Source of the DNA: Candidatus Eiseniibacteriota bacterium
GTDB taxonomy: Bacteria; Eisenbacteria; RBG-16-71-46
DNA: 44,185 nt
Assembly (NCBI GenBank): GCA_046716125.1
Contig: JBKJXJ010000265.1
Location: 1-44,185, forward strand
Reading direction: 5' to 3'
Shown here: in pieces, positions 18,579 to 27,497 of the stretch
Position numbering within the stretch: position 1 is the first letter of the stretch
How the letters are laid out: every line of letters begins with the position of its first letter
The notes under the pieces: generated by a model
What the model saw: only the letters and a program-made list of their open reading frames with translations
The model's database searches: none
Told to the model about the DNA's origin: nothing
Made by a program: the position numbers and the translations under genes

Positions 18579-19724
18579 GTGTTCGAACTCGATATCGACA
18601 GCACATCGACAGCGAAGTTGAAGGTCATCGGCTGCGGGGGGGCGGGCGGCAACGCCGTGAACCGCATGATCGGCGCGGGACTGCGGGGCGTGGAGTTCAT
18701 CAGCGCCAATACCGACATCCAGGCGCTCAACCAGTCGCTGGCGCCGACGCGGCTCCAGATGGGCGCCACGTCCACCCGCGGCCTGGGCTCGGGCGGCGAT
18801 CCCTCGCAGGGTCGGCGCGCGGCCGAGGAGGATGAGCAGACCATCACCGACGCGCTGGCCGACAGTGACATGGTGTTCATCACCGCCGGGATGGGCGGCG
18901 GCACCGGCACCGGCTCGGCGCCGGTGGTGGCGCGGATCGCCAAGCAGACCGGGGCGCTCACCGTGGCGGTGGTCACCAAGCCGTTCACGTTCGAGGGCCG
19001 GCGCCGCATGCGGCAGGCCGAAGAGGGCCTGAGCGAACTGCGTGCCGAGGTGGACACCCTGATCGTCATCCCCAACGAGCGCCTGCTCGCGGTCGTGGAC
19101 AAGGGCACCACGCTCACCGACGCGTTCAGCGTCTGCGACGAGGTGCTACTCAAGGCGACCAAGGGCATCTCGGACCTGGTCACCGTGCCGGGGCTCGTCA
19201 ACCTCGACTTCGCCGACGTCAAGGCGGTGATGTCGAACCGCGGCAACGCATTGATGGGCACCGGCCGCGCCACCGGCCCCAACCGGGCGGTCGAGGCCGC
19301 GCAGGCGGCGGTGTCGAGCCCGCTGCTCGAGGACGTCTCGATCACCGGCGCCGAGGGTGTGCTGGTCAACATCACGGGCGGCCGCGACCTCACGCTGCAC
19401 GAGGTGAACGAGGCGGCGAGCGTCGTGGTCAACGCGGCCGGCGAAGAGGCCAACGTCATCTTCGGGTCGGTCATCGATCCCAACCTCGACGGCGAGATCG
19501 TCATCACCGTGATCGCCACCGGGTTCGGGCACGCGGAGCCGCGGCTCAAGCTGGTGGACAAGTCCCGCGTGGCGGTCACCGAGGCGGCGGCCGAGGCGCT
19601 CCAGCACCCGCAGCCCTGGAAGCGCGAGGAGTCGGGCAACGGCCGGCGCAACGGCTGGGGCCGGACCAACCCGCGCAGCGACTCGCTCGAGGTGCCGACG
19701 TTCCTGAGAAAGCAGATGGACTGA
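18579..19724 (+). CDS. ftsZ: cell division GTPase FtsZ
   Basis: GTG start 6 nt after GGAGG. 'GCGGAGGNAVNRM', tubulin signature 'GMGGGTGTGSAPVVA', and the conserved C-terminal peptide 'LEVPTFLRKQMD'. Confidence 0.97.
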   Translation: MFELDIDSTSTAKLKVIGCGGAGGNAVNRMIGAGLRGVEFISANTDIQALNQSLAPTRLQMGATSTRGLGSGGDPSQGRRAAEEDEQTITDALADSDMVFITAGMGGGTGTGSAPVVARIAKQTGALTVAVVTKPFTFEGRRRMRQAEEGLSELRAEVDTLIVIPNERLLAVVDKGTTLTDAFSVCDEVLLKATKGISDLVTVPGLVNLDFADVKAVMSNRGNALMGTGRATGPNRAVEAAQAAVSSPLLEDVSITGAEGVLVNITGGRDLTLHEVNEAASVVVNAAGEEANVIFGSVIDPNLDGEIVITVIATGFGHAEPRLKLVDKSRVAVTEAAAEALQHPQPWKREESGNGRRNGWGRTNPRSDSLEVPTFLRKQMD

Positions 19725-19780
19725 CGGACGGACGGGCGGTTCACGATCGGCGGTAGGGAACTGAAAGGCCAGGGAGGGCC

Positions 19781-21442
19781 ATGGCCGTGGCATTCCTGTC
19801 GCGCCTCGCGAAATGGGGGCACCACCCCCAATACAATCAGGGCATCCTGCACTTCACCCGCGGAGAGTTCGAAGCCGCGGCGGAGTGCTTCGATGCCGTG
19901 CTCGGCGACGTCCGCGATCCGTCCGATCCCGATCTGAGCCTGGCGTCGGTCCATGCGGCGCAGGCGCGCGCCAACCTCGGGCTCGCCTGTTTCCACGCCG
20001 GGGACTATACGCGCGCCGAAAAGGAATTCTCACGCGCGCTGGACGACAACCCGGGCTTCCCGGACCTCCGCTACCTGCGCGCCCGCATCTACGAGCGCTC
20101 GGGGCGGCTGGAGGAGGCGATCGCCGATCTCGAGCGCGCGCTCACCGATCATCCGCGCTACATCGAGGCCCACCTGCTGCTCGCAGTGTGTCTCGGGCAG
20201 CAGGGGCAGGGGCTCCGCTCGGCCGTCTCACTCCAGCGGGCGCTCGAGCTGGGGTTCGACCTGCCGGCCGGGCTCACCGTGGGGCGGGCGGCGGACTGGG
20301 GGGTGGCCGACTGGCAGCGGCTGGTGCCGGCGCTGCTGCGTGACGCGCCCCCGGGCGCCGCCGATCCGGTGCACGAGGCGCTCGAGCGCCATCAGGCCGG
20401 CGATCTATCGGGTGCGATCGCGGCCCTGGAGCGCGCGGTCCGCGAGCGTCCCTCGTATGCCGATCTGCACTGCCGGCTGGGTGCGCTATTGCTCGAGGCC
20501 GGGCGCTTGGACGATGCCCTGGAGCGGCTGGGCGTGGCGGTCGCGATCAACCCGCGCTACCTGGAGGCGCGCCTGCTCTCAGCGCGCGCCCACCTCGAGC
20601 GCGGCGCCCCGCGCGCCGCGGTGGTCGAGGCCGAGGCACTGATCGCCGACCATCCCGACCTCCCGGATCTCCACTTCTGGCTCGGGCTCGCGCGCTTTCG
20701 CGCCGGCGATCTCACCGGTTCGGCCGTGGCGCTCGAGCGCGCGGTTTCGCTGAATCGGAACTTCTCCCGTGCCCAGCGGCTGCTGGGGCTCATCTACCAC
20801 GCGCTCGGGCGGCACGACGCGGCACTCCAGTCACTGAGCCGCGGCTTGACGCGCGATCGCGAGCTGCCGCAGGGGGCGCTCGAGTCGGCGCTGCCGCTGC
20901 TTGCCATGGGCGAGGCGGCAGGTGCCGAAGGGGCGCTGGTGCGGGCGATCGCCGTCCAGCCGGACTATCCCGACCTGCACCTGGCCCTGGCGCGCACGAG
21001 ACGTCTGGGTGGCGACCACGAGGGCGCCTGCGAGTGCTATCGCGCGGCCCTGGCGATCGCTCCGGCCTACGCCGCCGCCGCGCTCGAACTGGCGGGCCTG
21101 GAACTATCGCTGGGACGGGCCGAGGTGGCGGAGACGCTGCTGGTCGAGCTCTCGGCCCGGCATCCGGACTGGGCCGACGTGCACGCCCTGCTGGGTCGCA
21201 CCCGCATGCTCCGCGGGGACCCGGCCGGGGCCGAACCGGTGCTGCGCGCGGCGCTGCTCCTCAACCCCAACTACGCCGCCGCGCGGGCCGACCTGGGCTG
21301 GGCGCTGCGGGCGCAATCGCGGGCGAGCGAGGCGGACGCGGAGTTCCCCCGCGCGCTCGAGCTGGACCCGATCCACGCGCTGCCACGCCAGCAACTGGCC
21401 TGGCGGGAGCTGCTGGGCAACGCCGCAGAGGGCGCGGCGTAG
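19781..21442 (+). CDS. tetratricopeptide-repeat (TPR) protein
   Basis: 553 aa. AGGGAGGG RBS upstream. Repeated ~34-aa Ala/Leu/Arg-rich units, for example 'AIADLERALTDHPRYIEAHLLLAVCL' and 'ALERAVSLNRNFSRAQRLLGLIY'. Confidence 0.8.
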   Translation: MAVAFLSRLAKWGHHPQYNQGILHFTRGEFEAAAECFDAVLGDVRDPSDPDLSLASVHAAQARANLGLACFHAGDYTRAEKEFSRALDDNPGFPDLRYLRARIYERSGRLEEAIADLERALTDHPRYIEAHLLLAVCLGQQGQGLRSAVSLQRALELGFDLPAGLTVGRAADWGVADWQRLVPALLRDAPPGAADPVHEALERHQAGDLSGAIAALERAVRERPSYADLHCRLGALLLEAGRLDDALERLGVAVAINPRYLEARLLSARAHLERGAPRAAVVEAEALIADHPDLPDLHFWLGLARFRAGDLTGSAVALERAVSLNRNFSRAQRLLGLIYHALGRHDAALQSLSRGLTRDRELPQGALESALPLLAMGEAAGAEGALVRAIAVQPDYPDLHLALARTRRLGGDHEGACECYRAALAIAPAYAAAALELAGLELSLGRAEVAETLLVELSARHPDWADVHALLGRTRMLRGDPAGAEPVLRAALLLNPNYAAARADLGWALRAQSRASEADAEFPRALELDPIHALPRQQLAWRELLGNAAEGAA

Positions 21443-21456
21443 GGGCCGGACGACCG

Positions 21457-21681
21457 CTAGGCGGCGACGACCACCGGGATCTTGCGCCCGCGCGCGGCCT
21501 TCTGCACCTTGCCGGCCTTGAGACAGCGCGTGCACACCTTGATATTCTTCGGCTTACCCGCCACCTGCGCGCGCACGCGCTGGAGGTTCGGGTGCCAGAC
21601 CCGCTTGGTGATGTTGTTGGCATGGCTGACGTTGTTGCCGAACAGCTTCGCCTTGCCGCAGATCTCACATCGTTGAGCCAA
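21457..21681 (-). CDS. rpmB: 50S ribosomal protein L28
   Basis: The C-terminal 74 aa of track ORF 21457..23049. TTG start 7 nt after GGAGG. '(M)[33 protein letters not shown]' is the L28 hallmark. Confidence 0.9.
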   Translation of the reverse strand: MAQRCEICGKAKLFGNNVSHANNITKRVWHPNLQRVRAQVAGKPKNIKVCTRCLKAGKVQKAARGRKIPVVVAA

Positions 21682-21792
21682 TGGACGACCTCCTGAAGCG
21701 CCGGGGGACCCCCGACTGATGAAAAGGCAGGGCATCCTAGCAAGGGATGAGAGGGCTGACAAGCCGGGCCGGCGTGGCCTGGGCGCCCGCCC

Positions 21793-23946
21793 ATGGCGGG
21801 AGTTCCCCGCCCGGGCGTCCGGATCTGGGACCGGCTCGCGCGCGGGACGCCCGGGCCTGCGGTGAGCTCGCCGCCGCTGCGCCCTGACTCGCGCCTCCAG
21901 TTCCTGCCGGGCGTCGGGCCCAAGCGGGCGCTGCTGTTCGAGAAGCTTGGCCTCAACACGGTCGAACAACTCCTGCGCCACTACCCCCGCGACTACCTCG
22001 ACGCCCGCACGTTCGTGACCGTCAAGGATCTGAAGCCCGGCGCGCTGCTCACCGTGGTCGGGACCGTCAAGCACGCCGCAGCGCTCCGCACCCGCGGCGG
22101 CCGGACCGACTTCTCGGCTTCGATCGCGGATTCGACCGGCCAGGTGGCGTGCTACTTCTTCGGGCAGCCGTTCCTGGCGCGCACGCTGAAAGCCGGCACG
22201 CGGGTGGTGGTGAGCGGCGAGGTGGACGCCCTCGAGCGCCGCATGCTGAACCCGCTGTTCGAGGTCATCGAGGGCGATCTCGAATCGCTGCTGCATACCG
22301 GCCGGATGGTGCCGGTGCACGCGCTCACCCGCGGGCTCACCGCGCGCGGCATGCGCTCCGCGGTACGCCGGGCGCTGGATCTCGTGGGCGGGCGCGTGGT
22401 GGACCCGATCCCGCCCGAGATCGTCGCCGGGGAGGAGATGGCGCCACTCGCCGAAGCGCTCGAGCAGATCCATTTCCCGCGCGACGAGGCGACGCGCGAG
22501 CACGCTCGCGCCCGGCTCGCGTTCGAGGAACTGTTCCTGCTCCAGACCGTGCTCGAGCTGCGCCGCCGGGTACTGGCCGAGGAAGGGCGCGGGCTGATCA
22601 CCGCCGGGCCCGGAAAGCTCGCGCTCAAAGCGCTCGAGGCGCTGCCGTTCCACCTCACCGAGGACCAGAGGAACGCTCTGGGCGAGATCGTCGCCGACCT
22701 GCGTGCGCCGCGGCCCATGCACCGGCTGCTGATCGGCGAAGTCGGGAGCGGGAAGACGGTGGTGGCGCTCCTCGCCGCCCTCCACGTCATCGAGGCGGGG
22801 CACCAGGCGGCGTTCATGGCGCCGACCGAGATCCTGGCGCGCCAGCACGCCACCACCCTCGAGCGCTTCGCCGCGCCCGCGGGGGTGACGGTCGCCGCAC
22901 TCACCGGGGCCACGCCGGCCCGCGAGCGCCGGGCGCTGATCGAGCGCCTCGCCTCGGGCGAGCCCATGCTCGTGGCCGGCACGCATGCGTTGCTGGAGAC
23001 CAAGGTGAGCATGCCCAGGCTCGGGCTCGCCGTGGTGGACGAGCAGCACCGTTTCGGGGTCGGTCAGCGCGCCTCGCTCGCGCAGAAGGGGCGGCTCCCC
23101 GACGTCCTGGTGCTCACCGCGACCCCCATCCCGCGCACGCTGGCGCTGGCCTCGTACGGCGACCTCGACGTGAGCACCCTGCGCGCACGCCCGGCGGGTC
23201 GCGGCAGGCTCGTGACGCGGGTCACGGGCGAGGAGAAGTTCCCCCAGGTGCTCGAGTTCATGGCGAAGGAACTGGCGGCCGGTCGCCAGGCGTTCGTCGT
23301 CGTGCCGGTGATCGAGGAAGGCGGACGCATCGAGGCGCGGGCGGCCGAGGCCGAGTTCGCGAGGCTCACGGCCGACCCGATTCTAAGATCGTTCAGACTC
23401 GGCCTCCTCCACGGGAGGCTCAAGCCCGACGAGAAGCAGGCGGTGATGGACGCCTTCGCCGCGGGCGAGGTGCAGGCGCTGGTCACCACCACCGTGGTCG
23501 AGGTCGGGGTGGACGTCCCGAACGCCACCCTCATGGTGATCGAGAACGCCGAGCGCTTCGGCTTGACCCAGCTCCACCAGCTCCGCGGCCGCGTCGGGCG
23601 CGGGGAGCACCGGTCGGTCTGCGTATTGATCCCCGGCCTGAGCGCGACCGCGCGCGCACGAGAGCGCCTGGCCGAGCTGACCCGCACCGACGACGGCTTC
23701 GAGCTGGCCGAGGCCGACCTCCGAATGCGTGGCGAGGGGGATCTTTGGGGGACGAGGCAGAGCGGGCTGCCGCGCCTGAAGCTCGCCAACCTGTTCCGCG
23801 ACGAGGGGCTGCTCCTGGCGGCGCGCGAGGCCGCCCGGGCCCTGGTGGCGCGGGACGCCCGGCTGACCGAGCCGGCCCACGCGCCACTGCGCGAGGCGCT
23901 CATGACCGGGTACCGGGAGCCGATCGAGCTGGCGCTGGCGGGGTAG
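21793..23946 (+). CDS. recG: ATP-dependent DNA helicase RecG
   Basis: 717 aa. '[31 protein letters not shown]', Walker A '[11 protein letters not shown]', 'DEQHRFGV', '[12 protein letters not shown]'. Confidence 0.95.
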   Translation: MAGVPRPGVRIWDRLARGTPGPAVSSPPLRPDSRLQFLPGVGPKRALLFEKLGLNTVEQLLRHYPRDYLDARTFVTVKDLKPGALLTVVGTVKHAAALRTRGGRTDFSASIADSTGQVACYFFGQPFLARTLKAGTRVVVSGEVDALERRMLNPLFEVIEGDLESLLHTGRMVPVHALTRGLTARGMRSAVRRALDLVGGRVVDPIPPEIVAGEEMAPLAEALEQIHFPRDEATREHARARLAFEELFLLQTVLELRRRVLAEEGRGLITAGPGKLALKALEALPFHLTEDQRNALGEIVADLRAPRPMHRLLIGEVGSGKTVVALLAALHVIEAGHQAAFMAPTEILARQHATTLERFAAPAGVTVAALTGATPARERRALIERLASGEPMLVAGTHALLETKVSMPRLGLAVVDEQHRFGVGQRASLAQKGRLPDVLVLTATPIPRTLALASYGDLDVSTLRARPAGRGRLVTRVTGEEKFPQVLEFMAKELAAGRQAFVVVPVIEEGGRIEARAAEAEFARLTADPILRSFRLGLLHGRLKPDEKQAVMDAFAAGEVQALVTTTVVEVGVDVPNATLMVIENAERFGLTQLHQLRGRVGRGEHRSVCVLIPGLSATARARERLAELTRTDDGFELAEADLRMRGEGDLWGTRQSGLPRLKLANLFRDEGLLLAAREAARALVARDARLTEPAHAPLREALMTGYREPIELALAG

Positions 23947-23969
23947 GTCGCACCACCCGCGTCAAATCA

Positions 23970-24023
23970 AAGATGACAGGGCCTCGTACCCGCCCCGGGG
24001 CGGATGGAAGGCCCTGTCATTTC
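23970..24023. repeat. compound palindromic element (ATGACAGGGCC ... GGCCCTGTCAT) just after the recG stop
   Basis: ATGACAGGGCC at 23973-23983 is perfectly complementary to GGCCCTGTCAT at 24010-24020. An inner CCGCC/GGCGG hairpin sits at 23990-24003. The same unit recurs four times at 33751-33881. Confidence 0.6.
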
Positions 24024-24093
24024 AGCCCCGCGGACGGATTTCGCATGTCCGGAACCCCTGCGGATGCGCGATAATGATGGTCGCGAGAGCGCC

Positions 24094-24600
24094 ATGACCG
24101 TCCACTGCCCACATTGCCTGACCGGCTACCTGCTTCCCGAACGCCTCCTTGGCGCCGGCGGGGCGCGGGTGCGCTGCCCGGGCTGTCAGGGCGTGTTCGT
24201 CGTGCTCCCCGAGGGCGAGGCCACGGTCGAAGGCGCCGAAGGCGAAGGCTCGGTGTCGCCGGAAGCCATGTCCGACGTAGCGACCGCCGACGCACCGGCC
24301 AGCGCGCCCGCGGGCGAAGCGCCGAGTCGAGAACCCGGCGAGGTCGCCGCCTCCGTTCTCGGAGTGCTCGCCGATTTCCTGGGTGACGCGCTGACGCGGT
24401 CGCGCGCGCGCGGCACGGTGCTCTCGGACCACGGCCCCGCGATCATCGCGGTGTGGGACGAGTACCGGCGCCGGGCCGGCGAGGAGGCTCCGCCTTCCGT
24501 CTTCCGCGCCGCGCTGCGCGATCATTGCGGCGTGGACCTGTCGGGCGTGAACGGTGGAGGAGCCGATCCCTCAAGCGGTCCTCGGCACCTGCGGTCGTGA
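24094..24600 (+). CDS. zinc-ribbon (MJ0042-type) domain protein with acidic/Ala-rich linker
   Basis: The start is taken at ATG 24094. The longer track ORF from 24004 begins inside the palindromic repeat. 'MTVHCPHCLTGYLLPE...RVRCPGCQGVFVV' gives the two CxxC pairs. Confidence 0.7.
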   Translation: MTVHCPHCLTGYLLPERLLGAGGARVRCPGCQGVFVVLPEGEATVEGAEGEGSVSPEAMSDVATADAPASAPAGEAPSREPGEVAASVLGVLADFLGDALTRSRARGTVLSDHGPAIIAVWDEYRRRAGEEAPPSVFRAALRDHCGVDLSGVNGGGADPSSGPRHLRS

Positions 24601-24668
24601 CCATGCTCGATGCTCGCCGTGCGCTTGCAGGTCGTCGTGGCCGGCAATCCTGCTATCCTGTCTCCCGT

Positions 24669-24980
24669 ATGTCGAAACGCCCCATAGACGTTCTCATCCG
24701 TGGAAGGACTTGGAGGGTGTCGAGGGTCCGCCTCTCCCGGACCGTCCGATCCGACTTCCGCTTCTGGTTCGAGGGAATGAGCCCCGAGCGACGTGTCGTG
24801 GCAGTCGGGGAGGCTCTCGAGAGCTGTCTCAAGGTGCGAGGTGCCGATGGCGTCCCAAGACTACGAAGAGTTCATCGGCGCATTCAATGCCCGTGGAGTC
24901 CGTTATCTGGTCGTCGGCGCGCACGCGTTGGCGCTCCACGCGCAGCCTCGCGCGACGCGGGACCTCGACATTCTGGTTGA
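24669..24980 (+). CDS. hypothetical small protein upstream of the nucleotidyltransferase gene; 3' end uncertain
   Basis: ATG 24669, 'MSKRPIDVLIRGRTWRV...SDFRFWFEGMSPERRVVAVGEALESCL'. GC3 is about 73% up to ~24850. It then drops to about 40% where the frame runs 134 nt into the next gene. There is no stop near 24850, so this may be a remnant or an overlapping gene. Confidence 0.3.
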   Translation: MSKRPIDVLIRGRTWRVSRVRLSRTVRSDFRFWFEGMSPERRVVAVGEALESCLKVRGADGVPRLRRVHRRIQCPWSPLSGRRRARVGAPRAASRDAGPRHSG

Positions 24981-25356
24981 CCCCACCGCCGCCAACGCGC
25001 GACGAGCGCTGGCGGCGCTGCGCGACTTCTTCGACGGCGCGGATCTCGGCTATTCGGCGAGCGACATCGTGGAGCCCGGATGGATCCTCCAGCTTGGCGT
25101 GGCGCCGGTCCGCATCGATCTCTTCACCGCGATCCCCGGCGTGAAGGAATTCCGTGCCGCCTGGAAGAACCGCGTGGACGCACGGTTCGGTTCCGTTCCG
25201 ACCCATTACATCGGACTCGATGACCTGATGAGCGCGAAAGCGGCGGCGCGACGGCCTCAGGACCTCGTGGACCTGAGACTCCTGGAGCAGGCGCGGGCGG
25301 CGGGCCGCCCCAAGGCCCGGCGTCGGTCGCTTCGGAGCCGCGCGAGGCGTACCTGA
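24847..25356 (+). CDS. nucleotidyltransferase-fold protein (stand-alone small NTase family)
   Basis: 'MASQDYEEFIGAFNARGVRYLVVGAHALALHAQPRATRDLDILV' shows a G-x-A...D-x-D minimal NTase signature. The C-terminal tail is basic. Local GC is lower than in the flanks. Confidence 0.65.
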   Translation: MASQDYEEFIGAFNARGVRYLVVGAHALALHAQPRATRDLDILVDPTAANARRALAALRDFFDGADLGYSASDIVEPGWILQLGVAPVRIDLFTAIPGVKEFRAAWKNRVDARFGSVPTHYIGLDDLMSAKAAARRPQDLVDLRLLEQARAAGRPKARRRSLRSRARRT

Positions 25357-25434
25357 GCGCCCGGCGCAGAGCACCGGGACCGCGGAGGGACCCGCGACGC
25401 GACCCGCATTCGCGCACGCCTCCTCCGCCGCGGC

Positions 25435-26715
25435 TCAACCCGTCGGCGACCCGCCCGTCCCGGACCGCACCCGCGACTCGTAGCGCCGCTCCCACACCAG
25501 CGCCGTCACGCCCGCCACGCCGACCAGCCCCGCGCACACCAGCAACGCCAACCGCGTGCCCTCGGAGCGCGTCAGCAATCCGGCCGTGGTCCCGCCCAAT
25601 AGAAATACCAGGCGCATCAGGAAGTCCCGGGCGCTGAAAACCCGACCGCGCTGCCGCGGCTCGGTGCCCTCCTGGAGCAGCGTCTCCGAGAGCACGAACA
25701 CCGGAGCGGCGGCGAGGCCGATGACGACGCCGGCGACGGCGAACACGGCGAACCGGCCGGAGAGGGCGAACGTCACGAGCCCGACCGCGACGATCATGAG
25801 ACCGCCGCCCAGCAGCCAGGGGCGCGGCACGCGGCGTCCGCCGGTGTTCACCCACCAGGTGCCGAACGCGCTGCCGATCCCGAGCACGAGGAGCAGCATG
25901 CCGACGCGCTCCATGCCCGGCGCGTCGGTCGCGCGCTGGATGTGGGGATTCCCGGCGGCGTTCAGGAATCCCCCGCCCACCCATACCGCGGCCAGCGTGA
26001 GCAGCGCGAGCCCGACCTGCGAGCTCGATCGCACCAGGCGCCAGCCCTCGGCGACCTCGCGGACGTAGGACGCGAGCGAGATCTCCGGACGCTTCTCATG
26101 GTGGGCGTGCGGCGTGTAGCGCACCAGCCACAGCGAGATCACGGAGACCAGGTAGGTCACGGCGTTGATGTAGATGACCGGCTCCCAGCCCCAGCGGTCC
26201 ACCATCCAGCCGCCGACCGGCGCGCCGATGGAGGTGGCCAGCACCCCGGCGAGTGCCAACAGCGCGTTGGCGGCGAGGAGCTGGCGCGGCTGGACGATCT
26301 CGGGCGTGATCGCGCTCTTGGTCGGGGTGAAGAACACGTTGCAGGTGAAGAGCAGGAACACCATGACGTAGACGGCGAGCATGCTGTGCGTGGTCGCGTA
26401 CAGGATGGGCAGCAGCGCCACCAGCACCGCGCGCAGGGTGTCGGAGACGATCAGCACCCGCCGCAGATTCCAGCGGTCCACCCAGGCGCCGGTGAACGGG
26501 GCGAACAGCAGCACCGGGGCGGCCATGACGTTGGCCAGCACCGCGAGCAGCACCGGCGCGTCACGGTCGGCGAAGTGGTGGGTGTGCTCGGCGAGCAGGC
26601 CGAGGAGCGCGAGATAGCTGAGCCGCTCGCCCAGGATCGAGATGAGCTGGCCCCACCAGAGCGCGGCGAAATCGCGCTGGCGCAGCAGCGGGCGTGTGGT
26701 ATCGACGCCGGTCAT
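25435..26715 (-). CDS. MFS transporter (MFS_3/EntS-like), last gene of the minus-strand lipid operon
   Basis: Start at ATG 26715, 'MTGVDTTRPLLRQRDFAALWWGQLISILGERL'. The longer track ORF reaching 27519 is an alternative-frame artefact. About 12 hydrophobic segments, 426 aa. Confidence 0.85.
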   Translation of the reverse strand: MTGVDTTRPLLRQRDFAALWWGQLISILGERLSYLALLGLLAEHTHHFADRDAPVLLAVLANVMAAPVLLFAPFTGAWVDRWNLRRVLIVSDTLRAVLVALLPILYATTHSMLAVYVMVFLLFTCNVFFTPTKSAITPEIVQPRQLLAANALLALAGVLATSIGAPVGGWMVDRWGWEPVIYINAVTYLVSVISLWLVRYTPHAHHEKRPEISLASYVREVAEGWRLVRSSSQVGLALLTLAAVWVGGGFLNAAGNPHIQRATDAPGMERVGMLLLVLGIGSAFGTWWVNTGGRRVPRPWLLGGGLMIVAVGLVTFALSGRFAVFAVAGVVIGLAAAPVFVLSETLLQEGTEPRQRGRVFSARDFLMRLVFLLGGTTAGLLTRSEGTRLALLVCAGLVGVAGVTALVWERRYESRVRSGTGGSPTG

Positions 26716-26738
26716 GAGCGGGGAGGGGGCGCCCGGCG

Positions 26739-27497
26739 TCAGCCGCGCGGGGCGTCCTCGCGCTCGAGCGCGCGGGCGATGGCGGCGGTGCGATGGAACG
26801 CGGTGGCGAGTGAGGCGACGCCGATGAAGCCGACCATGCCGAGCAGGAGTCGCCCGGGCGGCCAGTCGGAATTCGCCGCCACGAACGGGTCGAGCAGGGA
26901 GGCGAGCGCGAGGAGCACCAGACGCTCGGCGCGCTGCATGAGCCCGCCCTTGTATTGGATGCCGAGCCCTTCCCCGCGCGCGCGGGCGTAGCTGACCAGC
27001 AGCGAGCCGCCCAGCGCCAGCACGGTCATGAGCACGCCCAGCGACGTGTCGCGGAACCACACGGCGAGCCCCATGAAGGTGAATGTCTCGGCGAAACGGT
27101 CGAGTGTCGAATCGATGAACGCCCCGGCGCGGGACGCGAGGCCGCGCGCGCGGGCGATACGGCCGTCGAAGATGTCGGCGGCGCCCCCGAGCAGCACCAG
27201 CCAGCCGCCCAAGGCGAACGCGCCGCGCGCGTAGGCGACGCCGGCGGCGGCCCCGAGCACCACGCCCGCCCAGTTGAAGGCGATCGGCGGGATGCGAAGC
27301 GCGAGGAACAGGCGCTCGAGAGGCGAGACCGCCCACATGAGCCAGTCGCGAACCCAGTGGCCGAGCAGCACGGTCTGCGGCCTGCGTGCCACGTCGGGAT
27401 CCCCCGGACGCCCGCGCGCGATGACGGCATAGACCGGCATGGTCGCGATGAGCAGCAGCGCGGCGCCGACTCCGAGCGTGCCCGAGTCGAACGTCAC
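26739..27497 (-). CDS. CDP-alcohol phosphatidyltransferase, PI(P)-synthase/AIPS-like
   Basis: GTG 27497 overlaps the upstream stop (GTGA). Full signature D-x2-DG-x2-AR-x8-G-x3-D-x3-D in 'DIFDGRIARARGLASRAGAFIDSTLDR'. 'LVSYARARGEGLGIQYKGGLMQRAERL' resembles the mycobacterial PgsA1 segment 'VISYIKARAEASGLRGDGGFIERPERL' as I recall it. Confidence 0.88.
   Translation of the reverse strand: MTFDSGTLGVGAALLLIATMPVYAVIARGRPGDPDVARRPQTVLLGHWVRDWLMWAVSPLERLFLALRIPPIAFNWAGVVLGAAAGVAYARGAFALGGWLVLLGGAADIFDGRIARARGLASRAGAFIDSTLDRFAETFTFMGLAVWFRDTSLGVLMTVLALGGSLLVSYARARGEGLGIQYKGGLMQRAERLVLLALASLLDPFVAANSDWPPGRLLLGMVGFIGVASLATAFHRTAAIARALEREDAPRG

Noticed and set aside
24847-24900. The idea that the small upstream ORF and the NTase gene are one frameshifted gene, because 'PRLRRVHRRIQ' in frame 0 resembles a linker seen in some fused proteins.
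   Set aside because: The NTase frame already gives a typical family N-terminus, 'DYEEFIGAFNARGVRYLVVG', with high GC3 from ATG 24847. Frame 0 loses codon bias exactly there.
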